A stretch of DNA of 63,755 nt, filler included, from Platydemus manokwari (lineage: Eukaryota), in assembly GCA_037951405.1 (NCBI GenBank). It is 6 parts of 6 records of this genome, joined end to end, with 100 filler letters (N's around TTAATTAATTAA, not from the genome) between each part and the next. Parts side by side here need not be neighbours in the genome. Positions count along the whole stretch, not along the records: positions 10,565 to 22,090 come from JBBMOY010624436.1; positions 22,191 to 31,284 come from JBBMOY011300540.1; 4 more parts are not named here. One strand, 5' to 3'. Below are positions 13,450-25,701 of this stretch, piece after piece. A program made the translations under genes and the position numbers. The stretch's first letter is position 1, and each line of letters starts with the position of its first letter. The notes below the pieces were generated by a model that did no database searches, was not told the DNA's origin, and saw only the letters and a list, made by a program, of their open reading frames with translations.

Positions 13450-13670
13450 TAAACTAAAAACGTAAACTAAATACATCGTAAACTAAATATCTAAATAAAA
13501 CGTAAACTAAATATCTAAATAAAACGTAAACTAAATACAACGTAAACTAAATATATAAATAACGAACTTTCTTAATTAATAAAGTTTCTTAACAATGTAA
13601 TTAACAAAGTTTCTCAACAATGTAATTAACAAAATTTCTTAACAATGTAATTAACAAAGTTTTTAACAAT
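13450..13670. repeat. Two adjacent minisatellites: CGTAAACTAAATA core x5 and ~25-bp AAAGTTTCTTAACAATGTAATTAAC x~3.6
   Basis: Core copies at 13461, 13477, 13501, 13525 and 13541; 25-mer units start at 13581, 13606, 13631 and 13656. Confidence 0.9.
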
Positions 13671-15433
13671 GATAGGTTCCTTTTATTTGTTCTAACTTTA
13701 GAACCCAATCACCACATTTTGGCGATTTTAATTGATGCCCATGTGGCCAAGTCACTATCACATTATTTTCGATAAGTCTCTTATCATCAAATGTCGATAG
13801 TGCTATCTTCTCCTGGTCATAAACCTCAATTTTATGAAGATTAGACTTAATCCTCTGTTAATAGTTGTATTTTTTTCTGTTAACGCCCTATTATATTTCT
13901 TTAATATATCATTAAATACATTCATTATTTAAATCTTTTGATCTTCAGTTGGGGATTTTTTATAATCATTAATTAATATTTTTAATTGTTTTTTATCATA
14001 ATTCCTACAGCCCTTCATTTTATTTTTAAAATCCTCTAATATTTTTTTCTGTAGGATTTTCTTACAATACTTTATCAACCTCATGTTGTTGAAGATATGA
14101 TTTTGATTTGATAAAATATTGTGTTTTTATTATTTCATTAGGAACTTTATCTTTGAACATTCCTAAATCATTACCTATAAATGGTTTTAATTTATCCTCT
14201 ACATATTTAGGGGATTCATTAAAATCCAAAATAAATTCGATAAATAAAGAATTTGTATCCCCTAAATGGATTTTATATTTATCCTTAAATAAATTCTCTA
14301 GAACATCATAAAAAAATCTATACATGATTTGTTTCGAGTATTATAGAATGAAAAAATCCATATAATTAAATTTGTCAAACTTTATTGTGGGTTTTTTCAT
14401 ATGGACTGCAGCTATTTGTGGTGAGAATATCTTTGCCCTTTTAAACGTCATTTTAGACGTTAGCAGTTGAAATCCTCTATCAGTTGAAACAATAGAAACG
14501 TTCAATCTATTCATAACGTCTTCTAACGTTTTCCAGGAAAAGGAATTATTTAAAAGTTTAAAGAATTCCTCCCTAAATTTGTCTCCTCTCTTATTGGCTC
14601 AGGGTTCTTTGCTCTATATTGTGCATAATATAGCCCTCTAGCCATCTTGATTTTTTTAATTTAAGTTTTTTATGCACTTTTGTTAGAATCATTCCTTGAT
14701 TTAAGAAATAATCTAAGAGAGAACCTTCTACTATATAATCTTTTTTATTAAATTGGGTTAACATTAACTTTTCGTAATATACACCAGTTCCATCTTTTAA
14801 AACACTAGGCCGATTATTTATTTGATACTCTGATAATAAATTATCATTAACTTTAAATTTCTCATGACACAAAGGAAAATACTTTGTTTTATCATGTATT
14901 TCATTCGGATAATCAATATGAACCTTACAAATAAAGCCCTCTTCATCAGAAGTTGTCCTTTCATATATAGGATCAACTTGTTCAATTTCTCCTGTTGGTA
15001 AAGGCATTGTCATACAAGTTGCATACAAGGAATTAGCGTCATAATATTTAGACACTCTTTCTTTGAAATAATGCGACATGTCAGAATTACCTTTTTTAAA
15101 ATTATTAATTACTTGATCCCATTTGTGTTTTTCTGGTTCATAATAATTATCAAAATGTTTATTTGAAATAACTTTTCTATTTCCATGAACAGAACTTATT
15201 CCTCCACGAATTCCTTTTTCAATTAATAATAATTGATTATATGTTTCTGGTTTAAAATATTTTAGTTTAACTTTTGAATATTTTAAATCAGCTTGCCATA
15301 ATAATCCCGGTGTACTATAACAATAGGCAGGATCTATCCCGTAATAATCCATGCAGGTATCTCTGAATTTCTCAAAGAAATCTGCTAAAATTAATACAAC
15401 AGTTTTCATATAAAAAAGCATGTATTCTTTCAA
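13663..15433 (-). mobile_element. Polinton/Maverick (adintovirus-like) protein-primed family B DNA polymerase, C-terminal two-thirds, pseudogenised
   Basis: Motifs LADFFEKFRDTC..YYGIDPAYCYSTPGL.W, RGGIS, YYDANSLY..M..PLPTG (motif A), FFKLLNNS..KT.EDV..R (motif B), GDTNSLF (motif C, DTDS changed to DTNS), GMFKD, KSKSY, and C-terminal KIALSTFDDKR...TWPHGH. Several stops and frameshifts; the 5' part is missing. Confidence 0.9.
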
Positions 15434-16660
15434 ATTAATAATAAATATTATTTAATTTCAGAGCAATTATATCTCATATTTATCGTCTTATCTTAGCTTA
15501 TTGAAATACAATCATCATTTGTATACACCACTTTCTGTAGTCAGGAAATTAGGAGCTTATTTTGATATGGATAACATACAATATGCAGATGAATAAGGAT
15601 ACAAATAAAATCAAAGATTTTGAATAAACAACGTACGATAATTTTTAAATGAATTAAATTTTTAAATATTTAATACAAACTGTATATGAAATAATATTAA
15701 TTTGTTTAAATTGATAATTTGTTTCTTTTTCAATATATGTATTTATATATATTTTTCATCTCCTTTATAATTCTACATTATTATCATTATATATAATCAA
15801 AATAATCACATAATCAAAGAAATAAATTAAAATCAAACCAAAATTCACTAATATAACTGATATTATCACTGGATACTCATTATAAGATTCACAAACATTA
15901 AAGAAAGATATTTATGTTAACCAATAAAGGAAAAATAAATATGTGATTCACTCAAACCTCTGCCAACGCCAATGTCCAACATTATTAATCAAATAAATCT
16001 AATCGACTTGCAACTCTAATGCGGTTAAGCATTAATTCATTCTGTTAAAAACCAAAATTATATTTATAATATAATAATGAAATATAAAATGATAATAAAA
16101 AATATGTTAGTAAGTTAATGCGAATTAAAATCACAACTTATTTTAATAGATCAAACCATAGTTGTCATGAATCACATGAATATTGTATCACTTGTAAAGG
16201 CAGTAATGACATTAACAATCTGATTGGATATAAAATAGATCACAAGATGTCATTATTAATCACTAAATCAGAAATAAATTTCTGAAGAACTATAACAGCT
16301 GACATTTGAAATGCTCTGTCAATCAATTTCTTGTTTTTCATCATTATTTTCCTGAACAAGAATGGGCATATATTAACCTTGATCTTTTCAAAATTGTTTT
16401 TGACTTTATAAAGTGATAAACATTTTAACAGCTACATCCAAATTTGCTTCAATAAATAAAGCAACTCTCCAACTTTTTGTGATTAAAAATGTTAAATTAT
16501 TCTCAAATCGTGAAATAAATGAATTAAACGAATAAATTGTTAATATCGATTATACATTCTGAAAATATGTTGTGAAAGAAATCGATAATTATAGAATAAC
16601 TCAATTATCGATTTTGTGAAAACCAAACAATCATAAAAAAATTCATAAAATGAACTCTAA

Positions 16661-18140
16661 TTAGAAAATCATTACAAAACTCACTATTAAATCGATGCAA
16701 AACTCAGCCCAGATCAAACAGTGATCACCGAAATAATCATCTAGATAATGCATGTCATTTTTAAATATTATGGTCACGAATGAAATCACTTGTGAGAGCA
16801 CCTGAAATATTGGTGTAACACCTTTGACATGCCTTGTTGATCCATATATTATCAAATGTTTGTCCTTGGTCAAAATTAGTTACAATGTAAGGGTCAACAC
16901 AGAACTTGTAACCCATATCTTTCAATGGTTTGAAAGCTAAAATCAATCAATTATTATTATTATCGATTGATTCACATTACTAACAGTCATCATCGGGACT
17001 CATATTGAAATCTGCGATCATTATAATATTGTCATTATCTAAATAATATGAAAATATTAAAATGGCAAGTTTATAAATACTAATGGTGTTTGCCGCTATT
17101 TTGCGCTAGCTTTGTATTGAATGGGAATTTATAGACTTAATCTATAGTATTGATTTTTTAAATTTCAATATACTACTTTTAAATCCTCACAACAAATTTG
17201 CTTAATAAACCGCATATATCCTTCTATTTTAATCCTTGTCTGTCCTTTCCTTTGTATATATCTGATCAAAATCAATAATTCCGTTTCCACTATTAATCAA
17301 ACACTTTCACGTTTTTATCCTTTTTTTTTACTCAAATCATCAAAGCTTTGTATCTGAATGAATGACTGCTGGCATATTAAAAGCAAAGTGAAATAAAGTT
17401 CTCATTATGTTTTTGCTGTGAGTATTTATAGATTTAAACTTATAAAATGATTAATTATTAGTAACCAAAGATATTAAATTATTTGATACCATGACTTTTC
17501 AGTTAGATTTCAATGCATGCTTCATAAAACATTTAATCATTTTATATAAAAGCTTGCCTGCTGATTTCAAAACTGCAGCCAACTGTGTAACTTCAGCCAA
17601 TGTCATGCTTGGTGGTCTGGCCTTTATATATAAAATTAAAATTTGTAAAATAATCTGGCCAATCTACACAGATAAAATTAGATAAAAATCTCAGTAAATA
17701 TACGAAATCACCTTAAGATTAATAAAACATGGTTCTCGTTCAAATGGTTCCAATCCTAGATTTGTTAATATGTTTATCAAATTATTTATTTCAAATGGAT
17801 TATTTTCTGAAATACGAGCATCCGAAATTTCAATATTTCTGGCTTTATCGAAAATAATAAAGCCAGGATGTGTTCTAGTAATTATACAAGACCATTTTTT
17901 CGAGGGTGGAGAATAGTGATCGCTATTCAATTCTCTACATATCTAATAGAATCGGTTAATATTTAACAAAGCATAAAAATTTACAATTTCCGAAGCATTT
18001 TTATTATTGACTGTTTGTAGAATAATAACAGATAAATTGTTTTTCAAAACGGTTTTACAAAACCTTTTTAATGATCCAGTATCATTTAAAACATCAAAAA
18101 ATTCGCTTGCATTCCAATATGCTATTTTAGTCTAAATAAT
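16661..18140 (-). pseudogene. EEPD1-like endonuclease/exonuclease/phosphatase gene, copy A (spliced; frameshift in last exon)
   Basis: Splicing short introns gives KIAYWNA...FCKTVLKNNLSVIILQ..., ICRELN...KKWSC..., FEREPCFINLK, IIMIADFNMSPDDDSFKPLKDMGY...TN...QTFDNIWINK...YFGDHCLIWAEF. This parallels EEPD1 (ATWN, GDFN, DNIW, SEHCPVLAEF). The 5' end is unclear. Confidence 0.75.
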
Positions 18141-19300
18141 GATTTTCATCAAAAACTGCAATAAATCTTGCCACAAAAGAAAAGAATATAGAAACAGAAA
18201 ATGTATCATAATAAAATGGTCAAACAAAAAACACAATCTGATATAAACATCAAGTAATATTCTGGAGAAGAACAAGATTTATTAAAGACAGATTTTTAAT
18301 TATTCACACTTACAGATCTTTAACATCTTTTGAAGTACAATTTCCGAATATTGAATTAAGACATTAACTGAAGCTCATTTTTTGAAACTATTTGATAGTT
18401 TATTTATTTTATCACAGTCCTATCAGCCCGATATTTTAACTGTCTTCAATGATAACGATGGCTTGTGAATTTTTTAATCTACTGCGATTTATTAACTGCT
18501 GATTCAAAATGATTTATTTTAATATTTTGACCTTGTATATTCTCATCTTTTTTTTTAATAATTTATATTATTGTATTTAGGAATTATCAAAATGGCGCTT
18601 TCCTCTCATCATTATCAACAAATATTATTCAATTTTCTTTTTTTTATTGTATCATCATTGGAATTTATTATTAAATATAAATATATTTATTTTATAATAA
18701 AATAATCAAGCAGATAAATACGCACCAATATCTGACTACTTGTTCTCATTTATTCATTTATTTTTCTGATATTTTATAATATTTATTAATGCAAATCTTT
18801 AACAACAAACACGTGATCAACACACATTAAAGGCAGATATTGGCGCTAATCTCTAAATAAGAAAAATATCAGTGAAGATTGAAAAACAAAGGCATTGCTC
18901 ATAAATTCAGTCTGTATAATAGCTAAAAATCAATAAAATCTTCTTTATTATTTTTATCTTCTTAACAACAAGCCTCGTGCATTTCATTTCATCTTACTTT
19001 TATAATTTACGGAATTGTTGGCACACATTCAACTTTTCAATAACAGAGTTTAGAAATCTCTAAACAATGCATCATTGAAGGCTCTTTTATTAGAATAGAT
19101 GAGATAACTTTCTGCACAAAAGAGATCGAAATAAGAAAGTAGTCGAATAATTGTATTTAAACGACTTTCACGATAGAAATCTTTCAAATCAAATCCAGGC
19201 TATAAAAGTGACTTGCTAAACATCATAGCGTGTCAATCGATATTAAAATCTTATTTTCAAATTAAAAACAAATCTCAGATGTTTTATAATCAATCGTCAA

Positions 19301-20716
19301 CTAAAAATTATTATCGAAGAAATCAATAAATACTTTGACAAAAACATTTTTCCGCAATGAAAGGGGGTTACTGATACGCTTCTTTGAACTTTTCAAATCA
19401 TATTTGGGAATATCAGGATGAGTGAAGTCTTCTGTGATAACATGTGAATTATCGATGTTATACTTCTGACATGGCTTGTAATTCCATGTATCATATAATG
19501 ACTTTCTTTCGATATCAATTGTAGGAATGTGGGAATGAACAAAGGACTTGTAATGCTCTATATTCCTCAAAGCATTGGGTGCTGAAAACAATACATTAAT
19601 ATTATTGATTGATTCACAATACTAACATTCATCATTAGGACTCATATTGGAATCATCCAGCAGTATCACATTGTCAACATTATCTAAATAATGTGAAAAT
19701 ATTAAGTGGCAAATTTTTGAATATAATTGGCGGTCACTGATATTTTGTGAAACCACCTTATTTCCAACACGAGAATTTACCGAGTTCAAACTTCAATCAA
19801 TATATTTGATAAAATATTTTCACAGAATTTATTCATAAAATATTAATTGATTTTATTTGTATTTGATTTGATAATCGATAATAAATACATGTTATATTTG
19901 CAATAAAATTTTTCTGGTAACTTTCTCAGTACTATTATTGATTAAATAATCATAATTATTTGTTAAGTTTGTTTGTTGGCGTATTTGTTTATTTTAAATT
20001 TAATAAATAATTTTGATTAGTTAATATTTATTTATACCATAGTTGTAATCTGATGTTAATTAAGAAAGAGTTTATTCAACGAAAATACTGTTGTCTGCAC
20101 ATTGATCGATTTTAATGTATTTGATAACAACCTGTCTCGGAATACGAGTATTCATTCGTATCGGTTAATGATAATAAGTTTATAAGATTATATATAAATC
20201 TCAAAAACACGGATAATTTTTTAAAGTGCATGTGTTCATTTTATTATTATGTTTTAAACAAATTATGAAGGTTTCAATATATATTATCATTTATTATTTA
20301 TTTGTGTATCATTTATCAGAAGTTTATATTCTTGATGGCATTGTTTCACGTCAATGTTTTAAACGTGTTTTCTGATTTATCGTGGAATTGTTAAACAATA
20401 TAAATAATTCAATCTTCATGAATATTTTTAATAGATATATTTGCATTTGAATGAACAAGTTAAAACTCCTAAGAAAAGTGACTTTTTATTTTGTATTTAA
20501 GCTACTTGTAATACCGACTCGATTTTAAACAATACCCTTCTTATTTAGAAAGCTGTTCTTCAAAACGGTTAAACATAACACTTTTAAAATACCACGATGT
20601 ATTAATCTTTTCACATTTAAACTAATTACATTCCACGATGCTATTCTGATTATCATTTTTTTAATTGAAAAATCAATTGATGGTATTTCACATTTATTTT
20701 TTTTGCAAATCTCCAA
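19301..20716 (-). pseudogene. EEPD1-like gene, copy B (more degenerate tandem paralog)
   Basis: IRIASWNV...ILKVLCLTVLKN matches the start of the EEPD1 EEP domain. 19590-19720 is clearly homologous at nucleotide level to 16950-17080, including an intron. GDFN has become DDSN and the terminal SDH/SEH histidine appears lost. Confidence 0.7.
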
Positions 20717-22090
20717 TTAAAATAAAAGCTGACAAATTCTTAACTTGATAATTAAACCAGTTTTTAATTCTACAAAAATACGTAAAATATCTGCCATATC
20801 AATCAGGTATTGCAACAAATAATGGAGTTCATATTTATTTGTACTTTTACTAGAATGCCATAACAAATCATCGCTTTAACATAATTAATATTCAGTTATT
20901 CATTATTTTGAGTTAAATTAACAGATTAATTTAATTTATTTAAATAAACTATTATTAAATTTAGTTTAAATTGAATAAATTTCTCCTTTAAGTCTTCTTT
21001 GCTCTGATGAGTTTTCGCAGGTTTTATAATTTAATTTTGATTATATTTTCATTTTAATGAAAAATATATTTTTTGAAAAATTTTATTTTTGATGAAAATT
21101 ATCAATTTAATTATATTTCCGGCGATGTTTATTGTAAACGTATCCCTTTTGTGGATTGATAAAGTACATTGAATGATCATCAGTGTCATTTTGATAAATT
21201 CGCATATTGATAACTAATAACAAAGTTATACGATCTAAGTATCTGTTCTAATTATCTAATTTGTATTGTTATTTTAATAATAAATCAACTTACTGAACTC
21301 CTGATATATTTAATAATACAATATTGATTAATCTTGTGAATTAATTGTTGTCTGTTTAGTTGTGTTGGGATGCAATTGCATACAGTTCTAAGTAAGGTTG
21401 TGCCATCTCTACATAACAATATGTTTTAAAATGCAAAGAAAATAAAAATAATAAAATATGAGGATATAGGGGAAATCGTCGAGATAATACGAAGAAAGTA
21501 AGGATAGAGAAGAAATTAAAATTTTTACATAGATATATATTTGGAGAATTTGACAAAGATAAATTGTAAAATTAGGATTTTTTGAATAATAATTTGTTTG
21601 AATGATTGTTCTGATTTTTAAAGTAATTGCGGATTACAAATAATGTTTTATCAAATCTATTAATATTTCTATTAAATAATTTCTCATTAATTTTTTTATT
21701 TCTTATCAATGATGTCCATAATTATATTCTAATAATTACCGAATGTTTATATATTATTTATTTATTATTCAATAAACAATATTTTTGGTTTTCTTCACAG
21801 AAGAATTTGAAACCACTAAATAATATGACTCTATGATTTTCTGTTAAAAACTGTAATTTGCATTTAACAATATGCATGTCGATAATTAAAATATTAAAAG
21901 TTTATTTGAGGATGAAAGGTTTTGATTTAGGTTTCACTTTGATTGACAGAAAGAAGATATTTAATGTCATTGGATATTAGAATCATATTGTTGTCATTGA
22001 AAAATGAATTTAAAATGTTATACAAATAAATAATTTTTTTATTTTTGTGATCAGGATTATTATTAATGTTATTATTACAAATATTACTAT

Positions 22091-22190
22091 NNNNNNNNNN
22101 NNNNNNNNNNNNNNNNNNNNNNNNNNNNNNNNNNTTAATTAATTAANNNNNNNNNNNNNNNNNNNNNNNNNNNNNNNNNNNNNNNNNNNN
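22091..22190. other. Artificial contig spacer
   Basis: 44 N + TTAATTAATTAA + 44 N. Confidence 0.97.

Positions 22191-22257
<67 letters not shown>
22191..22257. repeat. (TTA)n microsatellite at contig edge
   Basis: About 22 perfect TTA units. Confidence 0.97.
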
Positions 22258-22258
<1 letters not shown>

Positions 22259-25200
22259 TTAAATATTTAATTAATTTTTTCACCACTTCATTGAAAAAAA
22301 TCATTTTAGATTAAAGCTCGGGATTGTATTCTTATATTGAATAATATAATAACAACTGATTTGGAAATAAAATAATAGAAATAATGAATATACAAAGAAT
22401 ATAATAAATATCAAATACCAATCTTTAATATGTTGAGTGGATCACAAATCAACCAAAAGGTTTACAGCAATATTAATCCATATTTAGAAGTAAAATCAAA
22501 TATCTGCCAATGGCATAAGAGATACAAGGCAAATTGCAAATAGAACCATGTACGAGTTCAGCAAATGGAAAACGAAGATTCGTGACATCAAGCAGATAAA
22601 CTCAATAGGTTTAAAAGAGGTTGAGTTCTATGAGTAACTGGTGGTCTTGTTTAGTCGGTAACTTGTGTATTATTCTTAACTTTGCGTGATTTTCAGTAAC
22701 AAGTCTTTTTGATTGTTTCCTATTCTGTCTTTGATAGATTATCGTTGATTTTAAACTGGTTAAACTGTAGTTGTTGTGATTGAGATCGTAACATTTTGGT
22801 CAATTTGATTTTCAGGTTTAATAGTTGATTTTAACACCCAACAATTAGTCACTTTATAATAGATGATCGTCACTAAGTCTACTTGGACCTTTAGTGACAC
22901 GTTATCCGTGGGAATTAATTTCAAATATTTTAGTAGTTTATTTGAAGGTGTATTAATTGTTGATATTGTAATGCCGTTTATCTTATTTATTAAATTAATG
23001 GAAAAAAGTATGTTTACTATTATATATATGATATCTTTATTTCATTGTGGATTTTAAAGAATTTTAAAAGGAACAAAGAATGATGAATTGAAAATTATTA
23101 AAACTTTCATATTTTATTTTGAATTCGAAACTACTTCAAAATATCTTTCCATTTAATTTTCTAAAACCCAATCCAATAAGGATATCATTCCAGAAGTCAA
23201 CTTGTTAACTAATGAGCTCATTTTACCAGGTTCAGTCGCAAAACCACATCCAAACAATAAAAACACAATATTCTACATTGTCAAAATCTTTCGATTTCAA
23301 GATCTCAAAGAGATCTCAATGTATTTAAAAATAAAATCATAAATTTTCGCTTATCTTATCAATAAAATTCATCCAAGAATTAATAAGAAAGTAAATACGC
23401 AAAATTGGCATTATCAGAGAAAAATTGGCATTATTTCCCAGAATAATAAAGTTGGATCTACCTCAAATTATCTATAAAATTGTGATGGTAATGCAAATTA
23501 GAATTTATCAGTATATTTCATATCAATCTTGCCCAATATCAAATCTCTTCGATGCCTCCATGCATATTTTCTTCATTATCTTTTTAATATTATCAGTACC
23601 AATTCTTATCTGAAATTATCTGTAAAAGTATCTCTGCAGAGTACGATAATTTTAATAGATTTATTAACTGTCTGTAATTTCTACAAATTAACGTTCTCCA
23701 TCAATCGATAATTCAAATAAATGTCGCACTTAGAATATCTTTAATATGTCAACCCGTCAAGTGCAAGGTAAAATGTCATTCAGAAAAAGAATTCTTGTCT
23801 AACTAGTTAAGATGTCAACGGGACTACTTCACCATCAAAGTTTCCAACTAGTTTCAAACCGGTCTTTTTCTATTATGACCGAAACGAAAATTGTCCTCAA
23901 TTACCCATTCTAAATCGTTGAACTTCATCGAATCTCTAATTAAATATGCAGTGATTTTCATAACAAATATATAATAGCAATCCATTCGTGTTTGATAATT
24001 GATGGCATTTTTGTTTTGGCAGACAAATTCCAGTAATTTCAATTCTAACATTGGGCGAATTTGTCCTCATTATTATGTAAATGGGAATCAATTTGAATTC
24101 GATGGTTTCTGATTTAGAATTTTTTGGTTATCAAATATTAAATTTCCGTTCGGCTTATTGGTAAGTCAAGATTTCCTCAATTAATTTCTACAGATTTCCA
24201 CATTTCAAGATCCTTCAATATGATACTAGCGATGAGGCAATTATTGGTTATCAGTTAAAATCTCCAGTTAAAAACGCATCTGTTACATAGATTCCATATA
24301 TTTTGTTTTTCTTTTTTTATATTTGCATTTAAATTTATAATATATTTCTATAATTTTAATATTATATATAAAATAAATAATAGAAACTAGTTAATAAATA
24401 TAATTCATCAAAAATGACAATAAATAAATTATTTTACATTAATAATAAACACATTAACAATTATTATTATCGAGTTTGAAAAAATATGAACACAAACCGA
24501 ATTTCTAAATTTAGAAATCGTTTAGAAATCGTGATTGCATTTATAAAATCATCTGTTTTTAATAGAACATCTAACCAAATAAATCATATTCGAATATTGA
24601 TTTTGTTTAGAAATTTAAATAAATAAATGATTTCAATAATTTTAATTATTCTAATGATGTTCATTTTATTAATAACGAAGCTTTAATTGGATTATTTTAT
24701 TCCATTAAATTCAATAAGAATAACGAAGCCTTTAATCTGATTTAATTAGTTATGATAATAAAATATATTATGTCATTGGAAAATATCAAATTGAAAATTG
24801 GTACATCCATTAATATATTGCGAGTCTAATTCGAGGAAATCTGTTCTAATTGAAAGGAAATGATAAACTTTAACTATTTAAAGTGATATTCAATGAATTA
24901 ATTATTAAACGTTTTTCTCTCAATACTATCTGATGAATTTTTGGAAGACAATATTATAAAAGCGTTCCAGCAAACCATTTGGATCTCTTCACTGAAGAAT
25001 CTTATATCTTTACTAATCAATGATTCACAGTGAAGATAGGAATCATAATTCATTCTAGTTTTTATATGTAAATAATTAATTACATCTAAAATGAGAAGGA
25101 ACATCATCATAATCTCATTGAATAGTTATAGAAATTTGTGCCTTGATTTAATCAAAATAAACGATTTACGAAGGCGCACAACGAATATTCTGAAGTATTT

Positions 25201-25386
25201 GAAGTATTTGAAGTATTAATAAAGTAAAATCAATTTAACATTTCTTATTGTTATTCAAGATTGATTGAAAGTGGTTTAATAATAATTTTATTATTTTTTA
25301 TCTTAATTTTATATAGTAATAACTTAAATTTTGATTTCTGTACAATAGATAAAATTTTTTAAGCATTCATATAAAATTAATTTCAC

Positions 25387-25701
25387 CTTCTTTACTGCCA
25401 GCTGTAACCGATAATCCGCTCCACCTTGAATACGAAAACCCCAAGGTTCGTCTTCATTAACCCGTTCTATAACTACATCAAGTGACTTGGTATTATCATA
25501 CAGTGAATTGATATTCGTATGAGCTTTGTGTTTCATTAGATTGTTATCATGATCGGGATCGATATCTTGATTGGTATTGAAAAAACCCGTTTGACGTTGA
25601 GGTGGATTGACGATATTCGAACATCCTTCGAGGATGATTTTATTTTTGGCCGGTGTTTGGTTTCGTATGGCGACAATCGACGAATAAAGAGTGACATTCA
25701 T
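25387..25701 (-). CDS. Exon encoding the start of a PDZ domain, PDLIM/Zasp (ALP/Enigma)-like; partial gene
   Basis: ...VVIERVNEDEPWGFRIQGGADYRLQLAVKK followed by donor AAG|GTGAAA at 25387/25386. PWGFRLxGG is the PDLIM-type carboxylate-binding loop. Later exons were not found in this contig. Confidence 0.75.

Noticed and set aside
13450-13670. CRISPR-like array
   Set aside because: The repeats are directly tandem with no unique spacers, the context is eukaryotic, and no cas genes are present.
16761-16946. Helitron/PIF1 helicase motif from QGQTFDNI
   Set aside because: The context (ADFN...DNIW...GDHC..WAEF) fits an EEPD1-like EEP domain, and no other helicase motifs are present.
21001-21030. 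CTGATGAG hammerhead ribozyme core
   Set aside because: No stem II or downstream GAAA in the required arrangement.
10565-22090. RLE + gag + pPolB + EEP nucleases as one integrated novel system
   Set aside because: All parts are independently decayed, the EEPD1-like copies have host-type introns, and no shared termini or TSD enclose them. A TE/pseudogene graveyard is the simpler explanation.
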